DNA of 64,000 nt, taken from the NCBI GenBank assembly GCA_030265395.1, contig JARFYF010000060.1, positions 11,365,324 through 11,429,323 on the forward strand, given 5' to 3'. Both the position numbers and the translations under genes were made by a program. This stretch comes from Rhina ancylostomus (Eukaryota). Shown here one piece after another: positions 25,263 through 38,181 of the stretch (the first letter of the stretch is position 1; each line of letters opens with the position of its first letter). The notes beneath the pieces are model-generated. The model saw only the letters and a list, made by a program, of their open reading frames with translations. It did no database searches and had not been told where the DNA came from.

Positions 25263-25429
25263 AATGAAGGTTTTAAATGAAGAATACGATAACCTCATTC
25301 CTGGTACCAGGAAGCAGATTTATAAGTGGGTGGAAGCTATTTACACAAAAACATCAGGACCTTATGGAATGAACACCATGGAAGAAACCAATGATAAAGG
25401 CCCAACAAGGGGTCCAGGCAAAGATAAAG
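25263..25429 (+). CDS. Otoancorin-like coding exon 4 (MKVLNEEYDNLIPGTRKQIYKW...GPGKDK)
   Basis: ttttcattgcAG acceptor, AAG|gtaaca donor, phase 2 to 1. Contains the OTOA-like YD...IY.W helix. Confidence 0.9.
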
Positions 25430-26069
25430 GTAACAAACAGCAAACATGGACTGGATCAATAGAAAAATTGAATAAACACCCTGATATAAAAATCTTGAAA
25501 TGGTGTCCATCTCTCAGGTTTCAGCATTACCCCTTGGCATCACATTTGAAATGTCACGCCAAAAATATCACACCAACTGAGAAAGCAGGAAAGACAAAAA
25601 GGCAATTATTTTCTCCGTCTTTTTTCATCTTGAGCGTCTGGCTGTCTGCACAGGCAGAATCTGTGGAATTAATACATTAAGATTATTCTTAGCAATTACT
25701 TTCTCATGTGATAATTCCCAGCACTTTCCCAGCTGAAATTTCATCAAAATAGAAAACTCAGTTTCACTTTAGCACCAAAACAGCACAAAACACTTGACTA
25801 CAGTAAGAAATGGAATAATTTACATCTTTGTCTGGTGAAATATACATATATCTCATGAAATCTTCATAGATGGTCATATTTACAATAAAACAATAATTAT
25901 AATAATACATTCTGAAGTCATGTGAATAGCAATTCTTGCAGTTATCTCTGCTCCTTGTACTCTGTTCTTACTATACTCAGTTTTTCAAGAAATACTTGTT
26001 CATTTATGAAAATAACTATTACATTTGCAATTCTGTCTTTTCATCCAAAAAATTTTGTGTATAAGACAC

Positions 26070-26940
26070 AATATCATAAGAAAGAGGAACAAATATAGGT
26101 CATTCAAGCCCTTGAGCTTGCTGATGTCAATTTTTCTGCCTTTTCCCCTTCTCTGAGTGAATAGAGATCTGCTTATCTCAGCAGTAAATGTACCCAAAGT
26201 TTCTGCCGTTTCAGCTCTTATGGCAAGGAGTTCCAAAAGGCCACAATCTGATGTGAGAAGGAGCTCTTCCTCATCACAATCTTAAATGGGCAGTCCTTTA
26301 TTCAGGGAACACTCCTTCTGGTTCTGGGCTCTCCTGTGAGAGGAAACAGCCTCTTTAAACTTATTCTGTCTGATCCCAAACATAAGGAGCTTGCGTGTTT
26401 CAATATGATCTTCGAAACTTCGATGAGCAGAATTCCAACATGTTTAACTTTACCTCATAAAACAATCCCTCCATATTGGGATAACCCAGGTGGATCTTCT
26501 TTGAACCATAACCAATGAAGTAAAGAAAGAGTCCAAAATTGTTTACGGGGCTGTAGATGTGGTCTCGCTGGTGCCTTGTATGGCTGCAGTAAGATTTCCC
26601 TGATGTTATACACCCCCTCTTGAAAGAAGGGTCTTCATTTTATTACCCTGCCCTAATAGCTGCTGCACTTATGTGCTTGCCTTCTGGGCTTCATGCACAA
26701 GGTCCTCCCCAATCCCATTCTTCAACCGCATTCAGCAATTTTTCTCTATTTTGTTCTTCCTTCCAAAATCAACAACTTCACACTTGCCCATATTATTATC
26801 CATTTGTCAACATTTTTTTCCAGTCACCTAATCTATGAATATCTCTTTGTATATGTTTGTATCCACCTCACACCTTGCCCTCCTACCTAGTTTTGTATCA
26901 TCCACTACTTTGGTGACCATACACTTTGTTTCCTTCCTCT
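26070..26940 (-). mobile_element. Degraded CR1 LINE fragment
   Basis: Minus strand KV(F)DDTKLG near 26890-26920 and a CR1-like 3' end near 26080. Confidence 0.65.
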
Positions 26941-27594
26941 GCCATACTGCCATTATATAGTTAATGTAAGCAGCACCAAACCAAAGACTTGAGCTCAATG
27001 ACACTTCAATGTAATAGTGAAATGGTTCAGTGTTAAAGATAAAAGCCAATAAATTGTCCCATGCTTCAAAAGCCATGTTAACCTGACAATAGGCCACATC
27101 CTGTTTTGAATCCGGGACCCCGCTGCAACATTTGATTGTTCTTCCAAGATGTAGTGAACAGAACTGACCTTGTTCGCCTTGGCTGCACAAAGACAATGGT
27201 GGAGCCAGTGGAGGAACTCTGGTTCTTCACAGTTTAAGGGTCACAGTGTGCAAGGTGTGGCAGGGTTTTGTGGTGGAGGAAGCTCCATAGAGTACTGGAG
27301 GAAGAATCTGACCATCAGCTGTTTGCAGGGTGTGAGTAGGTCTTCACAGCACTGGCTATGGCATGGAACAGTCACCATCAGCATCCGGTGGTTGGGGTGG
27401 GGGATGTGATCAGCATCTGGGAGTTTCATTGACTGGGTCAGGGTCCAGTAATGGGTGCTCAAAGGAGGCCTAGAGAAAGGGCAGATGCAAGAGGCAAGTT
27501 AAGATCTTAAAGGGACCTACTTACAAGATAATGCAGGCCTGTTAAGCCACGTGCCTTTAACTTGCACAGAAGTAGGTGTAAAGCACTGCAATTC

Positions 27595-28372
27595 CAGATA
27601 CCTCTGTATATTGGCAGATGTACACAGTACAGGAACTGGTAAACATGGTACATGGGCAGATATACACGGTACAGGGATAGATGTACTCAGTTTATTGTGC
27701 TCAGTTCTGGTCGCCTCACTACAGGAAAGATGTGGAAGTCATAGAGAGGGTACAGAGAAGATTTACAAGGATGCTGCCTGGAATGCGGAGCATGGCTTAT
27801 GAAAGCAGGTTGAGGGAACTCNNNNNNNNNNNNNNNNNNNNNNNNNNNNNNNNNNNNNNNNNNNNNNNNNNNNNNNNNNNNNNNNNNNNNNNNNNNNNNN
27901 NNNNNNNNNNNNNNNNNNNNNTAAGATGATGAGAGGTATTGATCGGATAGATAGTCAGAGGCTGTTCCCCAGGGCTGAAATGGTGGCAACAAGAGGGCAT
28001 AGGTTTAAGGTGCTGGGGAGTAGATTTAGAGGAGATGTCTGGGGTAATTTTTTTAGGCAGAGAGTGGTGAGTGCATGGAATGGGCTGCCGGAAACAGTGG
28101 TGGAGGTGCATACGATAGGGTCTTTCAAGAGACTATTAGATAGGTACGTGGAGCTAAGTAAAATATAGGGCTACGGGTAGGCGTAGTAATTTCTCGGGTA
28201 GGGACATGTTCGGCACAGATTTGTGGGCCAAAGGGCCTGAATTGTGCCGTAGTTTTTCTATGTTCTATGTTCTAGATATACATAGTGCATGGGCAGAAAA
28301 ATACAGTCTGGGGACAGACGTACATGGTGCAGGGAGAGATGTTCACAGTTCATGGGCAGATATATACAGAGG
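27595..28372. repeat. Degenerate ~21-bp minisatellite split by a CR1 insertion
   Basis: Units like cagatatacacggtacaggga at ~27595-27690 and again at ~28274-28372. Confidence 0.65.
27692..28273 (+). mobile_element. CR1 LINE 3' fragment
   Basis: YCAQFWSPHYRKDVEVIERVQRRFTRMLPG and tail ctatgttctatgttct. Confidence 0.92.
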
Positions 28373-28896
28373 ATCTGAACAGAAATTTCCTAACCACTCG
28401 TCCCACACAGACACAGTAAATGCTGTCAGCTTTTTGCTTAAATTCATGAGGTAGTAGAAATTCCTGGATCAATCTTTCAGATAAATATACTAATTGTACT
28501 AATATACTAATCTGCCTGTACAAATACGCATGTAATTTCACACGACAAAATTTAAGAAAGAGCAGAAACTCTCCCTATTTCCTGGCAAATATTTCATGTC
28601 CGCCTACGTTATTAAAATAAATTATGGAAACATTTGTCTTACCTGCTTTCTTTTGGAGCTTCCTAAACAGAATTGAACTGTGATTGTTGCCTGCTTAAAT
28701 GGCAAATGCACTTCCAACTTGGTTCTGAAATGCTTTGAAATGTGCTACAGAAATGAAAAACATACAAGTTATGTCTCCTACATTCTCAAGAAGGACGAAA
28801 TGTTATTAAAATGTTGATAAGTTGAACTCCATTCTGTCCATTTTAAGGCTGTTGCAGTCATCAGAATCATGACAAGTTCTCTGTTCTTCTTCTTAG

Positions 28897-29039
28897 ATAA
28901 AGGGAAGGATAAAGATAAAGGGAAGGATAGGGGTAAAGGCAGTTGGATCACCCTCGATGTTTTGAACATACTTGGTCGCTTCATTGTCCAAGCACCCACC
29001 TCAACTTTCAAGGGTATTGCACGAGGTGAAGCCAGCACG
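28897..29039 (+). CDS. Otoancorin-like coding exon 5 (DKGKDKDKGKDRGKGSWITLDVLNILGRFIV...EAST)
   Basis: ttcttcttcttAG acceptor, ACG|gtaaga donor, phase 1 to 0. Family motif SW...L..LGR. Confidence 0.92.
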
Positions 29040-30473
29040 GTAAGAATTCACTTTGGTTGTTTCCAGAATAATTAGATTCAAACTTTAAAATGTCTGGAAC
29101 TATTCAGAGACTGGATTTTCAATATTGATTTTGTTTGCTGAATTCCCTCAGTTCCTTCCATCCTCCATGTACATTTTCAATCTGCTTTAGCAATTTTAAC
29201 ATTTTGACATTTCTTCTCCTAAGCTGCAGTCAATCCAGATTTCGTTGCTTGCAAAGAGTGAACTTTTGGAAGTTTTCCACTATTGCATTTATCACCAGTA
29301 CTGCACATGAGGGAAGGGGAGGTGCAGAGAAAGGAAGGAGAAAAGGATAGAGGGAAAGGCGATGGACTGGTGTTCAGGAATAGGACAGGATTCAAGAGGA
29401 GAGGGCAAGGTCAAGGAGGAGAAGGGTGAGGTTTGAAGAATGGAATGAGCAAGGAAGGATAGAAGACACGGAGGAAAAGAAGGAAGGCTTTTAGGGAATT
29501 GGTAAGGGGAATAGGTTCTCATCACATATTTTTGATGCATTATGCAGAGGAGGGGATTTGAATCAGTAACAAGTCTCTCTGCAATGTTTGGGGATCAGAC
29601 TGAACCATTGCCCTGCACGTTTGGGGAAGCAGATGATGTGGTCTAGATCAACACTGTCCTCCACAACAAGCCTCAAATCTGGACCAAAATATTGAAAGCA
29701 TTTTTGGAGCCTTGGTGCAACTTACTGGCTAAGAATTGACATGATTGCGATAGGTGAAGAAGACAAGAGGTAGTCAGGGAAGGGAATAGTTGCCAAAGCA
29801 GCTGTCAGAAGAGTTGATGGATGAATAGTCCCCAAAGAGGTGCTCGATTGCCCCAGTTTACACTTTTGCTCTGGGATGAGACTAAGACGCATGTGGTAAG
29901 GGAAACACAATGCAGTTCATGGAGAGAAGTTAGGTTGCGTTAAAAGATATTTGGCTGAGCTGAGAAAATGGGGAAATTCCTGAAATACTGCTCAGAGGGA
30001 AGGAAGTGAGTATGCCGAGAAAGTCGTCCGTATTCGCAATTGCCATGCCAACAACTATTTTTCCATGTATAAGTCACAAAAATGTCTTGACTCCCACATT
30101 AATGACTAGGAAACATATTGGTTTTCTGCCATTTACTTTCTAAAATGTCTTTTTCTTCCACCTTACTGATATTAGATATTCCATTAGATAGAACTCAACC
30201 TCTGTCTTACTTGACAATGCACATGAGATATCTGCTCTTGCCACTGTTAAACTGTTGAAAGAATGGCAATGGTTAAACAACCTCAAGATCCAGTTATTGG
30301 TAGTTCACTTGGTGTTATCTTCTAAGGAAAAAGTAATTGAAGCAAATCAACTTTGGGCAATTATGCAAATATTTTCACATTATATCACAACTACAAAATA
30401 AACTTCTGCATCCTTCTTGAACCATATGGAGTATCAAATTTGTCTAAGCATTGAAAAATATGTCTATTTACAG

Positions 30474-30610
30474 ATATGTCAGCTTTTCAACTCTTCATAC
30501 GACCTTTTAGACAAGCTCTTTGATCTCAAACCAGTACAAGCTCGCATTCTCTTCGAAGGACTCAATGCATGTGGCAATGTTAACATCAGTGAAGATGCAG
30601 TAATTTCCAA
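30474..30610 (+). CDS. Otoancorin-like coding exon 6 (ICQLFNSSYDLLDKLFDLKP...VISK)
   Basis: tttacAG acceptor, AA|gtaaga donor, phase 0 to 2. Confidence 0.9.
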
Positions 30611-31465
30611 GTAAGAATGTTGTTTGTTTGTCAAAGCATAACTATAACAGACAGCAATCTTTTGACTTTTAACAGACCAGAGCATTTAAAGGGGCACTGA
30701 CACTGGAAAAACTCTTTGGTGCAATGTTATTCTATTTGGAAGCAGTAAATAGTACAAGATGATACCAGCACACATTAAGAGAGTGTGACAGGTTTCTCTT
30801 TGAACTATATTACCACCTCACTAGTATACGATCTGATCATTACAAAAAAGACCCATATCTTCTACTGGTTCTGATCTCACAAAAATGCTTGTTGCTTTAC
30901 ATTGAAGGCAGTACCTCAAATAGCAATAAAAAGTCCATCTGTGTTAGATATTGGAGTCTGGTGTCAAATATAGAATATTATCAGAAGAATGTGCGTTTAA
31001 CTGTAAGAGCTAAGATGCCAAGCGTGAGAGTTATTCTCATCATTTTCCTCTCATAACACATCCACATACCATATGCCCTAGCAGTCAACATAATGGGTTC
31101 AGTCATGAGCTGTGACAAAGGATGAAACTGGTTTCTGACCAAAGTTAAGCTTCCATGTCCAGATTATGGTTCCTTTCTGCTGCAGAGGAACCACAGTTTC
31201 AGAGCTGCTGAATTTGGAAGAATCTCAGAACTACAGTGAAAATGAGCAATTTGAGAAAATTCATGCTCCAATAACCTTTGCTGTGAAAGCTCACTGCATT
31301 TACTGAAGAACATCCTTCAATGATGTATATTAATCCAATAATTAGTTTGGAGAAAAATGGGTTTTGGTTCATTTGGAAAACTGTTGATGATGCTGATCTA
31401 ACTTCTGCCTTCAGAAAGAATTTTTTTTTGTCTAAGTCCAATATTTTTTATGTCTTTATCTGCAG

Positions 31466-31577
31466 GCTTGGTCAACTGGCATGCTTCTACCCTGTCAAAC
31501 AACTGAATTTGCTTAATAAGACAGCAGTAATGACTTTGCAGGAAAAGCTGCTCAACTGCACAAAGAACTTAAAGGAG
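31466..31577 (+). CDS. Otoancorin-like coding exon 7 (LGQLACFYP...NCTKNLKE)
   Basis: tttatctgcAG acceptor, GAG|gtgatg donor, phase 2 to 0. LGxLAC motif typical of the family. Confidence 0.88.
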
Positions 31578-31775
31578 GTGATGCACTACTTGGGATACTT
31601 TGAGTGCTTGGTAGTGAATAAGATATCACCAGCAGTTTCTTTTCATTCCCAGTGTCAAACTTGAATATGGGATATGTTTCATTTCAAAGCTAATCCAGTT
31701 TTATATTTCTGTCACAAGGATGCATGATGTATTTTCCGATTAATATATATATTTGTCTGTTGTGTGTTTCTACAG

Positions 31776-31991
31776 ATCTATCGGATGCTTGTGGAGAATA
31801 TTAATGTCAATGATTTGTCTGCTGAGGATGTAAAAGAACTGGGACCTTCAGTGATTGGACTGAAAGTCAGTCAAGTGTCCAATATCTCCAGAGAGGCCAT
31901 TGCTGGTGCACTTAGTAAACTGAAGGATATCAAGGGGTGGTCCAAAGGTCAAATCAAGGTCCTTGTCAAAAAGTACAAAGAAACTGAAGTA
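31776..31991 (+). CDS. Otoancorin-like coding exon 8 (IYRMLVEN...GWSKGQIKVLVKKYKETEV)
   Basis: tttctacAG acceptor, GTA|gtgagt donor, 216 nt, phase 0-0. Strong similarity to recalled OTOA. Confidence 0.92.
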
Positions 31992-32059
31992 GTGAGTATC
32001 CGTCATTAAATTCATATCCATACTGTGTATGTACTTCCACTTCATCAGTCTTGAACATG

Positions 32060-34450
32060 GTGTGAGAAAGTAAAGAACAGGAGCAGGAGAAGTCCATTGG
32101 CGCTTCAAGTCTGCTCTGCCATTCATTAAGATTATTATTGATCCAGTCGTGGTCAAACCACTGCTTTTCCATGTTCTCTCAAACCCCCTCTAGCCCTCTT
32201 TGTACTTCAAGTATCTCTCAATTGCCACCTTGAATATATTTAATGACACCACCTCCGTGGCTCTTTGAGGTAAAGTATTCCAAAGAGTAATGGCCTTCTG
32301 AGAGAAGAAATTCCTCCTCGTTTCCATTTGAAATGGACAACCCCTTATTCTGAAACTACGCCCCCTAGTTCTAAATACCCCACAAGGGAAATATTCCATT
32401 AACATCCACCTTGTCAATTCCCTTCAGAATAGAATATGCCTCCATTAGGTCAGCTGTCATTCTTCTAAACTCCAGTGAGCCTCGGCCCAAACTGCTCAAA
32501 CTTTCTTCATAAGGCATTCCCTTTATCCGAGGAATCAACCTAAAGATTTTTTTCTGCTCTGCCTCCGATGAAAGTAGATCCTTCCATAAAAATAGTACCA
32601 AACCTGCACACAATTCTTCAGGTATAATCTCACCAGAGCTCTGTAGAGTTGTAATACAACTTCCCCATTTTTATACTCCATATCCCTTGCAATAAAAAAC
32701 AACATTCTATGAGCTCTTTAATTATGTGATATACCATAATTAACCCCAGTGTTTCATATACCTGGACCCCAAGATACCTTAGATTTTATTGTCTTGTTGA
32801 AATAATAATTTGTTTTTATCAGTGTACCATCCACAGTGGATAACTTCACACATTTCCCCCATCGCTCTCCAACTTCTTGCCCACTTACTTAACTTATTTG
32901 TATCCTTTTGCAGGTTTTTTGTGTCCTCTTCACTGCTAACAAAACCATATTTCCTTGTGTAATCTGCAAATATTTCTAACTTGGTCTCTTCATTCAAGTT
33001 ATTAATAGAGATTGTAAATATTTGAGGCCCCAGCACTTGAACCTGTGACACACCATTAGTTACTGATCTGAAAATGACCAATTTAATTTGACTCTGTTTT
33101 CTGTTAGTTAGCTATTTCCCTGTCAATGCCGATATGCTATACAACCAATCACACAGTTCCTTATCCAGTGCAGTAATGTTTTACATAGCAGCTCATTAAA
33201 TGCCTTCTGGAAATTCAACTGCATTAAATCTAAGGGTTCACCTTTAGCCACACACATCCTCAAACAACTCCAGTAAATTAGTCCCATACTATTTTCTTTT
33301 CATGAATGATGTTGGTTCTGCTTGTCTTTTGATTTTTGAACAGCTTTGCTATTTCCTCCTTCATAACGAATTCCAGCATTTTCCCAAGGACCAGTGTTAA
33401 ACCAACTGACCTACAGTTTCCTGCTTTCTGTCATCCTCCTTCCTTGCATTACGTTTGTGGTTTTCCAATCCTGAGGGACTGCGTCCACAAACTTGCAACC
33501 CTTTAAACCCTCAGAATACAGGTTATCAGGTCCACAGCACCTAATGACCTTCATCCCCATTAGTTTCTCTAGTTCTCTTCCTCGAGCGAAAGATTATTTG
33601 AAATTCCTCGCTCCCTCCAGCTCCTTGATTATCCTTTGCTGGTTTCTAAAAATTGCCCAATCTTTAGGCTGAGCACTAACTGTTGCAGCATTGTCTGTCT
33701 TTACTTTCAATTTGATGCAATCTTCAGCTCCCAGAGTTACACACAGATGATTCATCCACTTTGTTGAGCCTTTCTTTCTACCTGGAATATACTTTTGAAA
33801 TTATGATTCAAAAGTATATTCCAATCATTATGAGATTTATGAAATATCTCCTTAAATATCTGCAACTACTGATCTACGGTCTTGCCCTTTAGTTTCTTTT
33901 CCTAGTTCACTTCAGCCAACTCAGTCCTCACACCATCATAATTGCCTTTTATTTTAAGTTTAGGACTTATGTTCAGACTCAAGTTACTCGCCCTCAAGCT
34001 AACTTTGAAATTCTGGCCTCCTCAGATCATTCTTGCTCAGGGGATCGATTATACAAGATCATTAATTAATCTGTTTTATTGCATAATAATAGGTCTAAAA
34101 TAATCTGTTCCCCAGTTGGGTCATGGAGTACTGATTTTATAAGCATCCCAAGTACATTCCATGATGTGCCTCAAGGCTGCCTTTACCAATTTGATTTGTT
34201 GAATCTGTAGGATGATTAGGATCACCCATGATTACTGCCGTGTCTTTCTCACAAGTCCTCATTATTTCTTGATCGACACACTGCCTTACACTGTAGCTTC
34301 CATGAGGGGTCCGAGGTAACCCTCCCATCAATGACTACCCACCTTACTATTCCTCATCTCCATCCAAACTGATTCAACACCTTAAACTTCTGAGCCAATA
34401 TCATTCCTCCCCCCTGCAGTGATCTCAACCTTTGTTAACAGAGATATCCC
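32060..34450 (-). mobile_element. Long degraded CR1 LINE ORF2 (endonuclease to 3' end)
   Basis: Minus-strand fragments AVIMGD (endonuclease), VTNGVSQVQVLGPQIFTISINNL..FAD (RT) and TRGRSFRIRG..RRNFFSQ (C-terminus), in collinear order. Confidence 0.85.
33783..33823. repeat. Perfect 17-bp inverted repeat, 7-nt loop
   Basis: TGGAATATACTTTTGAA / TTCAAAAGTATATTCCA. Confidence 0.93.
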
Positions 34451-34789
34451 ACCTTCTCCTCCTCTCTGTCTATCAGAAAGTGCAATCCGCAGTTGTGAAC
34501 TGCCTGGCTATACCTCTGCTTAACACACTATTCAACATCCTGGCATGGATAAACTTAAAATTTTAAGAAAGCCAAGTATGAGCACTTACCAGCTACTCAC
34601 CAATCCTTACCTTTTGCAGACATCATCTTTTGATTTCTGACATCACTGTTTCAAAATTCTAACAGTACTGAGCTGGTCATGTCACCTTGCTGCTTCTCAC
34701 GGGTCCAATGCTGAATTGCTCCTACAGACCCTGCTTACCGTCACCCTTACCTCACTAAAGATGTACTTGTTACCTCACTTGCACAAGAT

Positions 34790-35325
34790 ATTAGTGAAGC
34801 CACATTTGAAATATTGTGTTCAATTTTTGTCACCCAGCTATTATGAAAGGTGCCATTAAGCTGGAAAGAATGCAGAGGAGATTTACGAGGATGTTGCTGG
34901 GACTCGAGGGAGGTTGTAAAGCTTGGGACTTTATTCACTGGAGCATAGAATGAGGGATGATATTATAGAAGTGTATAAAATCATGAGGGGCAGAGAAAGG
35001 ACAAATGCACGTAGCCTTTTTTCCCAGTTTAGAGAATCAAGAACTAGAAGACATAGGTTTAGGGTGAGAGGGGAGAGATTTATTAGGAACTGGAGGGGTA
35101 ACTTTTCACTCAAAGGATGGTCCACTTATGGAAGGAGCTGCCAGTTGGTGTGGTTGAGGCAGGCTCATTGACAGCATTTAAAAGGTGTTTGGACAGGTTC
35201 ATGGATAGGAGAGGTTTAGAGGGATATGGGCCAAATGCGGACAAATGGGATTAGCTTAGGTGGGATTCTTGGTTAGCATGGACCAGTTGGGCTGAAGGGC
35301 CAGTTTCTGTGCTCTATGATTCACC
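34790..35325 (+). mobile_element. CR1 LINE 3' fragment
   Basis: GLYSLEHRMRDDIIEVYKIMRG...RTRRHRFRVRGERF. Confidence 0.88.
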
Positions 35326-36405
35326 AAAACTTAACTCCGAGGACTCCTGCAACCAAACTGTTGGGTGTGACAAACTTCCCTCATCAGGGTAGGATAAAAC
35401 TCAAAAAATTCTGAAAACTATATTGATCAAAATTTGAAAGGTTGGTTTGTTATTTGGGTCTAATTTGAGTAAAAGATCTATTTAAAACACAATAACAGGA
35501 CTAAAGTTCAACCCCAGTCAGAAATATGAAAAACAATGTATGGTGGCTACATTATTCTGCTTCCAAAATGAAGTTCAGAAGCAGAGCACATTGCATTGTT
35601 TGACATTGTATCACATACCAGTGTATGACATGCATACAGTTATTGATAGGATTATTATAGACATCTCATTTCTCTCTGGTACAGTTGCCTAATTTGGGAA
35701 ATTCCTTTATGTGTGTTGATTGTGAGTGTAATTGTTTTGGACTAAAGCAGAATAGTGCAGAAGATGGAAAGTGGAAAATGAACCAGAAAGTACGAGAAAT
35801 ACTGAGCAGATCAAACTGTTTCCCAAGTTACAAAATAACCACTCTTCAAATCTATTTAACTGAATCCAGTGAACTTTCAGCCATTCTGAGGTTGTGAAAC
35901 ACATCGCACAAACACAAGTCTTCCTTTCCTCAGTGAACTACCACAATGCAAACAACATCTATTAAACATTTAATCAAACAAATCACGCAGCCTGTAATTG
36001 TTTGAACATGGCTTGACTTCTCCTTCAACCATTTTAAACAGCCAAATAAAACCTGTAGGACTGGTAAAGTCAGAAAAAATGATGAAACTAGCTGGGTAAC
36101 TTCTTGCATTTCATCTGAAAGTCTAAGAAAGAGCTTTCAGACATTCTAAAGTAAATACATCCCAAAAGAAATATGATATCAAATTATTCATGGGATGGCA
36201 CATTGCCTTTTAATATAATTCTGTATGAAAAAACTGCGTGTGATGGAAAGAGATGTCTGCAAAACATTGCAAAGATGGAAATCAGTGACTTAAACAGTTT
36301 CATTCTGGACTCCATGTGAATAATTCATACCATTGCTGTTCCAGTATTATTATTTTTACCGAGTCTGAGCAATGTATTAAAAAATAAATGTTTTTATTTC
36401 TGCAG

Positions 36406-36573
36406 GTCACAGCTGAAAAGTTGAAAAATCTGGGTCTTCTGGTGTCTGGTCTTGACGCAAAGGCATTCGGCGAGTTCAAAGGTCAGGAGCTCCTGGATGC
36501 TTTCTCGCAAAAGGACGTGGCAGAGTCCTCAAATGCCATGTTGCCAGTGCAGAAGAAGTCGATCATGAAAGCG
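36406..36573 (+). CDS. Otoancorin-like coding exon 9 (VTAEKLKNLGLLVSG...QKKSIMKA), probable GC donor
   Basis: ttttatttctgcAG acceptor, donor GCG|gcaagt, 168 nt, phase 0-0. A weak alternative GT donor lies at 36595. Confidence 0.85.
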
Positions 36574-37733
36574 GCAAGTCTTTCTATGGATTTTGTAACT
36601 GAGGGACTGCATCTCTTGGAGATGGTTCGATCCACAATGCTGGAGATCGAACTTGTTGATATTGATAATCCAAACTGATTAACTTGTAGCAAATTAGTTC
36701 CTATAACCAAATTGATTTGAACTTGCCTGTTGTAATGAAAACCAATAGGTAATTTGTTTCTTTAATGAAATATTCTTTCATTATTAGCATTCTAATATTG
36801 AAAAGATAAAGATGGCTTTTCTGTCAGCCTTCAACCTTTCACTTACCATCATGCACCATTGAAAAGTGCACCACAGCAGAGGACCATTTATTCTGCCAGT
36901 TATTCATCAGAATTATTCAAAACTAATCTCACACTCCATGCTCTTCCCAAAGCACCTTATTTCCTTTGCTTCAAATACTTAAACATTTTCTCTTATAAAA
37001 ATAAATGATCTTGACTTCTGTTGCACCAAGGAGGTGGTCACTTACTTTTTTGCACTTAAATCTTTGTCATTCTCTTCTCTTTTCTATGGATTTATTTAGA
37101 GATACTTTATATTTTCAGGGAATGATATATTTGAACTCTGAAGTTTTGTCTGCCTCTTATATGCCATTTCACCAGTTCTGTTTTGCAAATTATTCTGCAG
37201 CTCTCCGTATTCCTTAGTAAGTATTCTACTTTTGCATTATCAGTAAATTTGAAGACTGTACAATATGCTTAACTTCATAGTATCCTGATATTCCGAGAAC
37301 AAAAATGACCTTGCACTGACTTCTCGGGGACATTATTTCTAAACCTTTTCCTGTCAGTTGAACACACATTTACGCCAATGTTTTGCTTCCTGTCCTTCAA
37401 ACAAAGATCTTCACTCAAAGTCGCATTCTCTTCTACCACCCACCTAAATTTTCCTAACAAGTGCTTTAGGTCTGGAAATTAATGTTCATCCAAAATATGG
37501 GAAAGCACTGTGGCAACCAAGAACTGCTGCAGCAAACCTGATGAGAAGCAAAGCCGGGCCTCTTGAGCCGCCGGGACTCAAATAGTACATTGGATGTACA
37601 GGCATTCATGTTTTTAATGGACTCATTGCCACTTGGAACATGAAAAACCATATCTGTTGGCTAACTAGTCCATATATGGTTGACTAGCTTTTCACAGAAA
37701 CATAAACTGATGGAACATGTTTTAATTGTACAG

Positions 37734-37877
37734 ATCCTGGACTCGGTGAAAATTGATTCAGTTCTGAGATCGCTTCCTGAATCACTGGTGTCGCAGATTC
37801 CAATAGAAAAGCTGAATCAGGCTGAGAATATCAATATTGACTTCCTGAGCCAAGACAAACCTTGGAACTTGGGTCAG
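37734..37877 (+). CDS. Otoancorin-like coding exon 10 (ILDSVKID...KPWNLGQ)
   Basis: ttgtacAG acceptor, CAG|gtaaga donor, 144 nt, phase 0-0. Confidence 0.88.
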
Positions 37878-38181
37878 GTAAGAGAATGTGAGAGATGGGA
37901 AAATGCACCAAGGGGACAGGGATATCAGCTTGAAATCACTGCACAACCCTGATGTAATGTTGACTTCAAAGAGCCACTGAACTGCCCAATTCTCCATTTT
38001 AGAGTATTAGAATCTGTCCCTCCCAGTACGCAAGGGCAGGGTAGTCAGTTGGGAGAGTTGTCTATCTTTTGAACTTGGGTCTTTCAAATTATATGTTTTA
38101 AATGCTGCTAGCTATTGCCACTATTTCTCTGGGCCCTTTCATTCCATTTATTATTTTGGGTAAAAATAAAAGTGTTCCATT

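Noticed and set aside
23478-25429. Two consecutive exons both 167 nt, suggesting exon duplication
   Set aside because: Different phases and no sequence similarity; coincidence.
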